Source: Lophium mytilinum
Lineage: Eukaryota
Direction of reading: 5' to 3'
Length of the DNA: 64,000 nucleotides
Assembly (NCBI GenBank): GCA_010093605.1
Contig: MU004198.1
Coordinates: forward strand, 622,726-686,725
The translations under genes were made by a program, and so were the position numbers. How positions within the stretch are numbered: the stretch's first letter is position 1; the number at the start of each line of letters is the position of its first letter. The notes under the pieces are model-generated. The model saw nothing but the letters and a program-made list of their open reading frames with translations, had not been told where the DNA came from and ran no database searches. Below are positions 1-12,397 of the stretch, piece after piece.

Positions 1-934
1 GCCAATTCTTAGAGGGATGCGGCTTGTCAAAGAAGCCATTGAAAAGGCCGGTCATAAAGTATGTAACTCCATGACGCCTCTACAGCATCTACTGACAGAC
101 TGCGGAGACAATACCTTGGGAGCCTCCATCTCATGCAGAAGCTACTAATATTCATGTCAGTTCAGTACTCTCGGGACCCCGCAACTTCACTATCCAAACT
201 TGTTGACTTTTACGCAGAGCGACTTCATGAGCTGTGATGGAGGCGCAAACATATTTGCCCAATTGAGGCTCTCAAAAGAGCCAGTGGTAGAGGAAAAGAA
301 GCACGACCTGGGCAATGGCCCCGTACCGCCTTTACCACTTCTTGACTTCCAAAGGAGCTGTCTTCGCCGCAAGGCATACCGCGCCTCCTACGCAGCTTAC
401 TGGAACTCGACCCAAGAAAAAACTAGCACCGGTAAATAGCGCCAATTATGATTCCTTTAGAATAGTATTCTAATTTTCAACTAGGACACCCAGTAGATGC
501 GGTAATCATGCCCGTAGCACCAACCGCTGCTGTCTTGCCCGGTCGATATCGGCACTTTGGTACTGTAATCCTTCACCTTGTGTAACATCCTTGCTAACGG
601 ACATGGAGGTTACACGGTCATCAACAATTTGCTAGATTCTTCATGCGTTTGTATTCCTGTCACGCACGCCGACAAGAATGTTGACATCTTCGACCATGAC
701 TATAAGCCGAAGAATGAGACCGACAGGTTGAATTGGGAAGGATGTAGGTCTTCCCCTCTACTGTAGGCAATACTTCGGTAGCCCAGCTCACTGGCTTGAA
801 CAGATGATGTCGATAAATACGACGGAGCCCCTGTTGGTGTCCAAGTTGTAGGACGAGTCTTGCAGGAAGAATGGACTCTTTCAGTAGCAGAGACCGTTGT
901 TGATGCGCTTTCAGAGGTCCATCAAGGTCCATGA
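1..934 (+). CDS. Amidase-signature family (acetamidase/general amidase), 3' part, multi-intron; 5' end lies outside the window
   Basis: Spliced frames read PILRGMRLVKEAIEKAGHK...YRASYAAYWNST...PVDAVIMPVAPTAAVLPG...YTVINNLLDSSCVCIPVT...YDGAPVGVQVVGRVLQEEWTL, the typical fungal amidase C-terminus; stop TGA at 932-934. Confidence 0.85.
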
Positions 935-1378
935 AAAGGCCATGTAGCTGGATTTCATATCCGATGGTGCTTTACGCCATCGACCTATCAGTCGCTCGAG
1001 CTAACAACATCCAACGATTCAGAATAAATGAGTAGCTAGTATTGCGTTGGCCACTCTCTAGCATCAACAAATTGAATCCTTACTTTATAGCATAGGGAAC
1101 TGCAGTATCTGAGTTCTGGACTATGGTTTCACGCGAGTATGTCCTTTCTTAGTAGAAAATCATGTTATATTTCATCCGTCACAATTTACGCTATGAGACA
1201 ACTGGAGTGCTTTGCAAGGAGCACGTTTCAGTCTGGGAGTCAGTCGAAACGAAGGCGAGACATCTCTACCAGCGAGTTGATCAGGAACAAGGCATATGTA
1301 AAGAATAGCGACGAAAGGAAATTCGTGAGCTGGTTCGAAAGTGTTCGCACGGCTAACAGTGACATAGCAATTCCAGAA

Positions 1379-2815
1379 CTACGCATGGCATGTATCTTTC
1401 CTGCTGATAACATGAGCCCGGGTATGATTTGGGTCCATGTACCAGACAGGCTCAATTTTCCCACCATATATTTCGTCCCAAATCTCATCCATGTTGTCCG
1501 GAGTCTTCCAGGCCAGTTTTTCATTGCGGATCCACATACGGACGAGATGGCGGCTCTTATCTACGTCGTCAGTAAAGGCCTCGCGGGCGTGGAAAATGCC
1601 TAGATTGTTGACGAATGTCATGTCCCCTCTCTGTAGCTCAATAGAGAGGACGTGTTTGTTTGCTGTGAAGTGAACAGCATCGAGCGCCTCGGCCTGAGCA
1701 TCAGTCAACGGAGGAAGGGTCTTGGGGCGAGGCGCAAGACCAGAGCCCGTGAGCTGACGTCGTGAGAAGCAAAATGAGACCCGCTCCGCCTCGGCATCGT
1801 GGCATAGTATTGGATGCTCGTAGAAGGATCCATCTTCTTCGTGCCTAAGAAAATCAGGAAAGTCAGTCGCCCGCTTTTATAATCCGACCTTTACTGACGA
1901 GCTTACTTATCAAAAGCCCAGTTCTTGTCCGCGAGAACATGGATCAGGTCGGGACGAGTGGTAGCAATATCATTGTAAACCTGTGCTGCAGACGCCACGT
2001 TGCTTCGACCCCCGGTAGCAGCCACATCGATTGCGTACATCGCGATGACATCCCCAAGGTCTGTGTGGAAAGGCTGTGCCTTGTTGGTATACGGGGCCTG
2101 CCTCATTGATTTCGGGGCGACGGTGTCTCCGACATCCTTTATGTGGACTCCGGCTGACGTTAGAAATACATATTAGAAGACATCATAGAGCATACCTAAG
2201 ATGTGACCAGCATGACCTTGGATGCCTCGTTTCTCGCCAATGTAGGAAGCAACTCCAGTGTACAAGATGATGTTATCCGCGAAACTGTACTTGCGAGGAT
2301 CAAGCCCTCGAAGTAGCGCAATCCCGCGCCCTCCATGAACTCCTTGAGCTACCCGATCCAGGGTGAGCTGCAGCTGTGGAAGTGGAAACGTTTCCCTTGA
2401 GATGTCGTCTTTTGTGAATCCGAGTCCTACTATTGTAAGTATAGTACTTCGAGTCCGCTCTCATCTTCTGACGTGTACCTTTAAAGTGTTCCAGAGCACG
2501 GTCGATTTCGGTCACGTCTTCGTCGGAGAGATTGTAAATGTATTGGGAAGGTCTCAACTCTTCAGGCGTCCAACGCATTGCGTATTCAACCGAAAGGGGA
2601 AATCCCTGAGGCACTTCCGTGGGAAGATTACCTTCCTTGACCCTTCTGCTCGCACGTGCTTGATACTTCTCGAACGAGGGCACCCAATCAATGTCGGCCT
2701 GTTGCCTCAGAAGTATATCAGCTGCCGGAGTGGAACGCGTCTCAGGTTTCTTTGAAGGATGCGACAAGTACTGCTCGTGCAGCGTCGGGCGGGTGCTCAG
2801 TATACCAGGAGCCAT
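1379..2815 (-). CDS. TauD/TfdA (clavaminate synthase-like) 2-oxoglutarate Fe(II) dioxygenase, multi-intron
   Basis: HxD motif in QPFHTDLGD, distal His and Arg in VNNLGIFHAREAF...RHLVRMW; ATG of MAPGILS at 2813-2815. Confidence 0.85.
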
Positions 2816-3687
2816 TTTGAATCTGAACAGGGACGATGAGTTGTTGAGCAGGAAGTAAGTGGCTTTCAGCAACGTTTACGAATAGGAGATATTTGATTCT
2901 TTACAAGGAGGCTCTTATATACACTACCGCCCTACCCGTTGACCCGCTCAGCTCATGTCTTGTGGTCTCGTGGACCGGGGAAATACCGATCACCTCTTCC
3001 ATCCTACCACATCTGCAGGATGCAGCACGTACTCACCGGTGTCTGATGCGTTGTCGATTGCTTCACTCCAGGCCGTTGTAGTTGTCGAATGAACTCGAAA
3101 TGGATTGATTGGGTAAAGCGGAACAAAGATTACGACTATCATTGCAGAGCCTCATTTTACCAACCAGGAGCCTATGGATTGCTGAGCTACTACACCATGA
3201 AAAGAGGGGTAAATATCAGGTAAGAGTTGATACCTGTCAACGCACCCTGGCAAGCGCCCCAAATGAAGCCTGCTGCATATACGGATGCAGTCTAGGAATT
3301 GCTTATCCCAACGTGGGGGCTGTCTGCACGTTGACGCAGCAGATCCAGCTAGAGAGAGAAGCCCAATGGAACAGATTCCCCCCGATTTATCTTTCAGCGT
3401 GGAGGGCTGCTCCTGTCAAGACACCCACGGAGTTAATCTAGGAGTCAGAGGCGCTAACAACTATCAAAGATGCGGGGAAGGGTCGCCCGGTAGGGAAAAT
3501 CCTTGCCTATCACTCTCAATTGTAGTAACCATCTACCCATGTCACTCACATCCGGAAGCCCGGAAATTCCTACTTCAAGAGCCATCAAAAGAACTAATGG
3601 TTGTTCCGTTCACACTAGCGAGGCTCGCCCATCATTAACTTTACGTTGCACGTAATCCCTCGGCCAATTCGCTCGATCAATCAAGGT

Positions 3688-5278
3688 CTAGGAATGAAAT
3701 CGTAACCCGGTTCCTGCTGGCGATAGCTTTGCGAACTTCTCCAAGGCCTCAGGATCCCCAACAGCTTTTCCTGCCACGTCACTGATTTTTATCGCACCTC
3801 TTCCAGCTACTTTCTGTAGCTTGAAAACAATGCTGGGACTAATATCCGGATGCTCGAAGTCGCCTGCTGCTGCTTAGCATGATGCTCGTGTAGAAAACAC
3901 ACAGCCTTACTCCACAAAGACCGGCCCATAGAGAACACGGCATGAAAACCTGCAGCTTGAGCTATTAGGTTGTATTCAACGCTCAGCGTGGGATTCATAG
4001 AATCTGAAAACATCAACGTAGGTGCTCGTCCAGCATCTATCCCTCCAGTACTCCCTGAGCAAGCATAAACCTTCGCAGCTGCCTCGATGAAGTCTTTCGG
4101 ATTTGCCGAGTCAATTCTGAGCCCCGTGAAGATCTGACTAAAACACTTCCCGTGCAGAGCGGACGCTGGATCAGAAGGTGTATACTTCTCTGAGAATCTG
4201 TCAAGAAAGAGTGTCGACCCAAACGTGTCCGGCAATGCGAGACCAATCATTTGCTTTCGAATAATCAGTCCAGAACAATCCCGGCAATGGGCTCTGTGTA
4301 CTTACACTATGGCTAAACCACTCGCCATAGCACTCAATCCACTGCGTCAACGCGATTATAGTGCTGGAAGCATAGTTGTCAGAAAGTGCGCCAGTCCCCA
4401 TGAACCACTCATGCGGCATTGTTCCCACCGGCTTCAGTCCCACCACACGCGAAAGATGCACGTTGCTGCTACCCAAAAAGTTGCCCATCTCAGGCCGCCC
4501 TCCGAACTCTATCTGTGCCCGCTGGAGGCCTTCCAATATGCTTTTGTGACTGTTCATATCTCGTCCCCGTCGTGAACCAAAGTCAGCAAAATGAATTCCG
4601 TGCTGGATACAGAAGGCCGCTCTTGAGTAGGCTATCTGACCTTGATCGGAAGGGTGCGACGCTGGAACCATGAAGCGGTAATACGCTTCCACTAGTAACC
4701 GCAAAATGGCATTTTCGAACAGGGTGGTGGCTTGCCAACTTCCTCTTGCGATGATGGCGATTTCTCCAAGGGTTGCCGCAGTCGCACTGTCCGGTGTAGC
4801 ATTCACGGGATGGAAAGATAATTCCAAGGCGTTTGTGTCGTATCGAAACGAGCAGAGATGGTCCAAGTATTCTTGCGGAAAGTAGGGACATTCCCGCTTT
4901 AGATATTCCACCTCTTCATTGGTGATAATGACCTGCTCCAACTCTGTTTAAGGTCGCTGTTAATATAACAAGACACTGTAATACTAAACACACTTATAAA
5001 CCTAGGGAGAAGAACCTTCCACTGTCTTCTTGAAATACTCGAAGGCTTGCTGGTTGAAGAGGAAGTCAGGCGACCGGTTGGTATATTTCCAGACAACATC
5101 TATGCACGTTAAAGTGACTGAGACCACATCTGGGGTAATCGATAAGCGTACCAACGTTAGGATAAAACTTTACAATTGCCCATTGGACTGCTAGCTTATA
5201 CAAGGACAGGTCAAGAAAAGGCGACAATGGGTGCCCATCTTTGCCAATGGACGAAGTAGTGGCTGTGTGGTTGCTCAT
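3688..5278 (-). CDS. Divergent nicotinate phosphoribosyltransferase (NAPRTase/Npt1)-like protein, about 4 introns
   Basis: Spliced protein has DLSLYKLAVQ, KYTNRSP, DFGSRRGR, GSSNV, VGTMPHEWFMG (phospho-His motif), ALPDTFGS, GLRIDSANP, FSDSMN and PSIVFKL...AIKISDVAGKAVGD, all colinear with Npt1; stop at 3688-3690. Confidence 0.85.
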
Positions 5279-5622
5279 CGTAAATTGGCTTCTGCAATGA
5301 AAGGAAAAAGTTAAGAAAGAGGTAAGAGCCTGATAACTGGGAAGGCCCGCAACTTTATAATATGTGCCTAAACAGGCTGTTACTAAGTAAGGTGCAGAGC
5401 TATATTATATCTCTAGTATTAAAATATATATTTAGAACTATAATCTCTTCTAAAATATAGGAGATATATATAGATAGCTTTTTACTAAGAAAGCCTTTTT
5501 AAACTTATAAATAAGTAAGTATAATAGAGAGGTCTTTAGCTTGGTATAATTAAAGCCTGCTATAATATAAATAAGAAGCGCTTATATCTCTTCACCCCTT
5601 ATTAAGAGTTATAGGCCTTTAT

Positions 5623-5879
5623 TGTAAGGATTACAATAGCATAAGCATTATATCCTTACGTATAATAGGCTTAAAAGCCTTTAAACGGGACGAAACTGTA
5701 AGCGTTTAAACGTGATACAAAAAACATTAGATAACATTATAAGAACATTAGAGAAACATTTTATAATGCATTAAATACTATATATATACTCCGTTACTAT
5801 TAATAGAGAATAGAACTTAAGTAATATAATTCCTATCTATCTATCTATCTATTCTTACATCGACTCTATACCTTTAACA
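5623..5879 (+). repeat. 5' LTR of the copia element
   Basis: TGTAAGGATTACAATAGC...CTCTATACCTTTAACA, matches 10922-11178. Confidence 0.95.
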
Positions 5880-6606
5880 GGTTATAAGCCTAGATTGTAC
5901 TACGTAATCTACAGCTATACAAAGCACCAATAGGCAGGTTCTATCTTAAAATTAATTAAATATTAATTGAAACTATTAAAATCAACCAAATATCGTTCTA
6001 AATTAACTAAATATTGGATAAAAACGCCGCTATTTACTATTACTAGCATATAAACCTACTACACCACCGTATAAGTAGTTTCAAGCTTAAAACAAAGCAA
6101 AAATAGCCGAAAATAAAGCCGAAATTGAAGAAGAGGATAAAGTTATTAACTATAAACCCGCTATATAATAGCTGGAACGCGATCTAGAATTGTAAATCTA
6201 TTATAAACAAAATTAGACTAAAGAAATTTATATTTACCATTATAAAGCTTCTATAAGCTTATATTATGTTATAAACCACGTAATTAACCTTCCAACCTCT
6301 ATTATCTATCACGTATTAAATCTAGATACTCCGTATTAGATTATAACTTTTTATCCTATTATTTTATCTAATATAAGAAGATAAATCGATTAAAATTTAA
6401 AATATTTCTCTTTCTATCTATCTATCTATTTATCAAATATATAGATACATAGAATTTATCTATCTATCTATTCGCCAAATATATAGATAGATAGAAATCT
6501 ATCTATTTAAATAAAAATCTATAGATATATAGAAATCCATCTATTTATCTATTTATCTATCTATCTATTTGCCTAACGGGCTATCTATCTATCTATTTAA
6601 TCTAAA

Positions 6607-9600
6607 ATGGATAAAATTAGTATTACTAAGCTAGTTAGTTAATCTAACTATAAAGTTTAGGCTCTAAGAGTACAATCTCTCTTAGTAGAAAAAAGTTGTA
6701 GTAATGCTATTAGCAGTACTACTCCTATTCCTATTAATAAGGAAAACGATGTAAAAGCATTAGCCACTATTAGGCTTACTATAGAGGATGGTCCTCTATT
6801 ATAATTATAGTATTCCGCTACTATAATAGAAGCTTAGAAGCTACTAAAGAAGCTATATAGCCTAAAGGGCTTTAGTTCTAAATTCCTTATTTATAAGGAA
6901 CTGTTTAATACTATTTTATCTAAGTTTTTAACTATAGAAGATTACTTAAATAAGATAAAACAGTTAACAGATTAATTAAAAGCAAAAAAGCTTGAATTAC
7001 TAAATTAAGTTATTGTAGCCTAGGTTTTAAATAACCTAATAGACCCCTATAATAGCTTTATAATAATGGTTACGTAATTCTATAGGGAAAATTCATCTAA
7101 TATTAAATTAGATGATTTATTCTCTAATTTAATAGATGAAGTAAGAAGATAAGAGTCTAAAGAGTATAAAACAGCTCTATTTAATAGAACTAAAAAGTTC
7201 TTACCTAAGAATAAGAATAGAATAGAAAAACAATACTATAAGAAGTGTAAAACAGCTACGCACCTTATAAAGGATTATTTCTATCTATTTTCTAAAAGGG
7301 CACTAAAGTAGTTTAGAACTAAAGAATATTTTGAACTACTAAAAGAAAATAAGGAAGAATCCTTAATTATAGAGGAATCTAACCCTAGATAGAACAATTT
7401 TAATATAGAACTAGATGCAGCTAAAGTAAAGGTATTTCTAGCATCCTATTATACCCCTAATAATAAAGCTAATTATATATCAGACTCTAGGAGCATAAGC
7501 CATATAATAGTAGATAGAAAGCTATATACTAGCTATAAAGAACAAGCTACTATATTAAATTAGGGAGAAAATAAAACTATAACCGCAGAAGGTGTAGGAA
7601 ATATACAATTAAAACTAAATAGGAATATATTTATACTAGAAAAGTGCCTTTTTATACCTAACTTTAGATATAATCTAATATCTATAAGTAAATTAGATTC
7701 TACAGGAATAAATGTTACGTTTAAGAATAAAACAGCTATTATATATAAAAAGAATAATATACTAGTAACAGCATCGCTTAAAAACTCTTTATACTATATA
7801 AATATAGAAAATACAACGCTTTTTATAAAGCAAATAAATTAAATATATAAATAGATAGATAAAAGCGATTTAACAAATACATATATAGATAGAAATAATC
7901 TATCTACTTGGCACTAAAGAATAGGCTATATAAGCTCTAGAAAGCTTAGTATACTATTAGGTATAAATATAAAAGAACCTATATAATGCAAAGCCTGTAT
8001 AAAAGCTAAAATGATAAAAAATAAGAGAAGTAAGGAAATAACACTAAAAACAGTAATTCCTTTATAAAAAGTCTCTTTAGATTTAGCAGGGCCTATAAAT
8101 CTACCTAGTTTAGGGGGTAATAAATACGTTATCTTCTTTATAGATACAGCTTTAAGATATATAGAATATAAACTATTAAAATCTAAAGATAAAGCTTATA
8201 ACGCCTTTTTAGAATGTAAAGCTAAGGCTGAAAATATAAATATAGGAGATAAAAGAAAAATATAAATTTTTAAAACTAATAATAGGGGAGAATATATAAA
8301 TAAGAAGTTTAAAACAACTCTTTTAAAAACGGGTATAACCCATTAATTCTTAAGCCCCTATACGCCGGAACAAAACGGTCTAATAGAACGAATTAACTTA
8401 ACTATATTTAATATAGTAAGGGCTCTATTATATACAGCTAATTTACCTTTTAATCTATGGGGAGAAGCTGTAAATGCGGCCGTATATATATATAATAGAA
8501 CGCCGCACTCTAGCTTAAAAGATAAAACGCCATTTAAGCTATATTATAAAAGAAAAGCTAAAATAGATAATATAAAGATCTTTGGCTCTACAGCTTATTA
8601 TAAGGTTAAAACGCAAATAACTAAATTAGAACCAAGAGCTAAAAAGGCTATAGTATTAGGCTATAGTTTAAATGCGTATAGACTATTAGATCTAGAAACT
8701 AAAAAGATCTTTTGGGTAAGAGATGTATCTATAATAGAAGGCTTCCTTAATAAAAGGAATAAAACTAACGTTAATAAAAAGGGAAATCCTTTAGAATATG
8801 TTATTAATATAGAGCCACTAAAATATAATACTATAAGTAATAATACTATAAGTAATACTATAAGTAATGATACTATAAGTAATAATACTATAAGTAATGA
8901 TACTATAAGTAATAATACTATAAGTAATAATACTATAAGTAATAATACTATAAGTAGTAATAATTTAATAATAGATGAAAGCTCTAAAGATGAATTAGCT
9001 TTAAAACCATCTAGAAATCTATCTACTTAAAGATATACGCAAAATCTAAATTTAATAAATAGATATATAGATGAAAATTAAGTACAATTATTAAATATAT
9101 ACATAGATAGAAACTAAACTTAATTATTTATAAATACATATATAGATAATCTATCTGAAGATGAATTAGCCTTTATTATTAATAATAACAACGAGCCAAA
9201 TATAAATAAATAAGCTATAGAATCTCCTTATAATAATAAGTAGAAAGAAGCTATGTAAATAGAAATAGACTAGCTTAATAAGTAAAATACCTAGGAGTTA
9301 GTAGACTTACTAGTAAATAGAATTGCGTTAAAAGGACGCTGGGTTTATAAAATTAAAACTGATATAGATAACAATATATCTAAATATAAGGTAAGATAGG
9401 TAGTAAAAGGTTTTAGCTAAGTCTACGGCGTAGATTATGAAGAAACCTTTACTAGTACCTGCCGCCCAGAAGTATATAGGCTATTACTTATATTAGCTAC
9501 TTATTATAACTGGGAAATAATATAATAGGACTTTAAAAATGCATTTACGCATGCAGAATTAGATAAAGAACTTTACGTGGAACAACTATATGGCTTTAAT

Positions 9601-10740
9601 AAAAACAATAGTAATAAAGTCTGTAAACTAAATAAAGCCTTATATAGTTTAAAATAATTACCTAAATAGTAGTATATACATCTAGCTACCTATCTAGAAA
9701 AGTATAGTTTTAAAGGTACTATTGCAGAGCAAGCAGTATTTAAAAATATGCAACTAAATATAATAATAGTCTGCTATATAGATAATTTATTAGTATTTAG
9801 GCTAAATATAAAAGATATAGAAAATCTACAATTAAAACTAAGCAAAGACTTAGAACTAATAAACTTGGGCCATATATCCTATTTTCTAGGCATAGAAATA
9901 ACACGTAATAGAAAAGAAAGAACCCTATTACTAAGCCAGAAAAAGTATATAAAAAGTCTATTAAAAAGATTTAATAAAGAGAAACTAAATTCCGTTTCTA
10001 TACCAGGAGAAATAGGTATAAAACTAGAGAAAAACAATAAACAGGCATTAAAAGAAGATATAAAACTATACTAGCAATAAGTTAAAAGCCTTATTTATCT
10101 ATCTATAAAGACAAGACTAGATATAGCCTATAGCGTAAATCTATGCACTTATTTTATATCTAATCCTAGTCCTATTTACTTTAAAGCCTTAGAAAGGATC
10201 TAGAAATACTTATTATATAAGCCTACGCACGGAATTAGCGTTAAATTTTCTCCTAGTAATCCAGCACCCTATTTATTAGGATATTCCAATGCAGATCACG
10301 GGGGTAATATAATAGGAAGAAAATTAATAACTAGCTACTACTTCTCCTATAGAAAAACCCCTATTAGCTAGAATAGTAAACTACAGAAATCTATAGCACT
10401 ATCTAGTTGCAAAGCTAAATATATAGCTTTAAAAGAAACTATAAAAGAATATATATACTTAATAAGTATATTAAAACAACTTAATATTAAAAATATAGAA
10501 GACTTCTATCTATTTACAGATAGTTAATCAGCTATAGAATTAGCTAATAATCCTAAATACCACTTAAAAACTAAATATATAAATATACAATATCACTTTA
10601 TAAGAGAAAACATTCAAAATAGATTAATGAAGCTAGCCTACCTTAATACTAAGGAGCAAATAGCTAATATATTCACTAAACCACTAGTGGGAAGTAGTTT
10701 TACTAAAATAGTAGACTATATAAGATTAGATACTAAATAG
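6607..10740 (+). pseudogene. Copia gag-pol polyprotein relic with many in-frame stops
   Basis: MDKISITKL start; degenerate zinc knuckle; protease-like YISDSRSISH; STWH*RIGY; integrase LDLAGPI, KTNNRGEY and PYTPEQNGLIER; RT WVYKIK, GVDYEETF, DFKNAF and CYIDNLL (YVDD); RNase H YSNADHGG and QYHFIRE. Confidence 0.9.
8827..8963 (+). repeat. 15-bp tandem repeat (AATACTATAAGTAAT-like, about 9 units) in the integrase-RT linker
   Basis: Directly visible; in frame it encodes repeated TISNN/TISND. Confidence 0.85.
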
Positions 10741-10830
10741 ATACATAGATACATAGATATAACTATATTGCGCAAATACATAAATATATAGATTCTATCT
10801 ATCTATCTATCTATCTGTGTAAAGAAGAAA

Positions 10831-10863
<33 letters not shown>

Positions 10864-10921
10864 CCTCTCTATCTATTCGAAAAAGAATACACAAAATAAG
10901 CATATAACGCTTAAGGGAGTG

Positions 10922-11178
10922 TGTAAGGATTACAATAGCATAAGCGTTATATCCTTACGCATAATAGGCTCAAAAGCCTTCAAACAGGACGAAACCGTAA
11001 GCGTTTGAACGTGATACAACGAACATTGGATAACGTTACAAGAACGTTAGAGAAACATTTTACAATGCATTAAATGCTGTATATATACTCTGTTGCTGTC
11101 AATGTAGAATAGAACTCAAGCAATATAATTCCTATCTATCTATCTATCTATTCTCACATCGACTCTATACCTTTAACA
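10922..11178 (+). repeat. 3' LTR of the copia element
   Basis: Matches the 5' LTR; followed by TSD TTTAT. Confidence 0.95.
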
Positions 11179-11366
11179 TTTATTTATAGGCCTTTCTTTC
11201 TATCTTAAATTAATTTATCTAGAGGGGTATATTAAGGCCTCTAGTGTTATATACTTAAGCTACTTGCTATTTCTAAATACCGTCTCTAAATGTAGTAGTA
11301 ATAAAGATATATATATATATTAATCCTTAATAAATAAATAGATAAATAGACAAATAGATAGAAATA

Positions 11367-11502
11367 TAGATATATAGATAGAAAGATAGATATATAGATA
11401 GAAAGATAGGTATATAGATAGAAAGATAGATATATAGATAGAAAGATAGATATATAGATAGAAAGATAGATATATAGATAGAAAGATAGATAGATAGAAA
11501 GA
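11367..11502 (+). repeat. 20-bp minisatellite TAGATATATAGATAGAAAGA, about 6 units
   Basis: Directly visible tandem array. Confidence 0.85.
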
Positions 11503-12144
11503 TAAGTCTATTATACTATTATAGCTTCTGTTAGAGTCTATGCAGCAGCTCTATATAGTGTTTTTTTCTTAATAAGGGAAACTAGCCTATACTGGGGAAA
11601 CGCTTCCTCTAAGACTAGCTAAGGTAAATAGTTCTCTTCTAGGCATATTAGACTAATATGCTTTAGTATTATATATTAAGCTTAGTAAGGGAAAAATAGT
11701 TTAAACCCCTACTAGATAAATATGTCTAGGAAAATGTTATAGTGCATTCGCCTAGCGTTAGAGATGGCGAGAAATAGCTTAGGTTTTAAAAGAGGTATTA
11801 GTAGAGTAGTATTCTTTAAAAGATAGCGCTTTAAAAATGTCTTAGATCTTCTAGCATATAAGCTTCTACTAGCCCAGAATCAATACAGTCCGCCCTGCAT
11901 CTAATTAGTAGTGCTCTTAATAGTATTTCCTGTTATCTATTATCTAATACTTTATTTAACTAGAGATTAGGTACTCTATAGCTAGAGGTATACTAACTAT
12001 TTAAAAGTGCTAGCTAACACTTTTATCTCCTTAATTTAGAGTTAGGGGCGGCTGTAGTATTAGCTACTTTTAGTATAGAGAATAAAGTATCTAAGTTATT
12101 CTTATAGAAGATAGAAGCTATAAATTTTAAGATAGTGTAGGCGT

Positions 12145-12397
12145 TGTAAGGTTTACAATAGCATAAGCATTATATCCTTACGCATAATAGGCTTAAAAGA
12201 TTTAAACAAGATAAAACTGTTTAAACGTGATATAATAAACGTTAGACAATAATATAAGAACACTAGAGAGACGTTTTATAATGCATTAAATGCTGTATAT
12301 ATACAACTCCGTTGCTGTTAATATTAAAAAGAACTCAAGCAATACAGTTTCTATCTATCTAGCTATCTATTCTTACATTAACTCTATACCTTTAACA
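12145..12397 (+). mobile_element. Solo LTR of the same copia family, no matching TSD
   Basis: TGTAAGGTTTACAATAGCATAAGC...CTCTATACCTTTAACA; flanks GGCGT and ATAAA differ. Confidence 0.9.

Larger units (their letters stand above)
5623..11178 (+). mobile_element. Full-length Ty1/copia LTR retrotransposon, inactivated by RIP
   Basis: 257-bp TG...CA LTRs at 5623-5879 and 10922-11178; 5-bp TSD TTTAT at 5618-5622 and 11179-11183; PBS-like GGTTATAAGCCT after the 5' LTR; purine-rich AAGGGAGTG before the 3' LTR; domain order PR-IN-RT-RH. Confidence 0.95.

Noticed and set aside
9748..10074. 108-aa ORF in the AT-rich region
   Set aside because: Only a stop-free fragment of the RIP-mutated copia RT (YIDNLL from YVDDLL), not a gene
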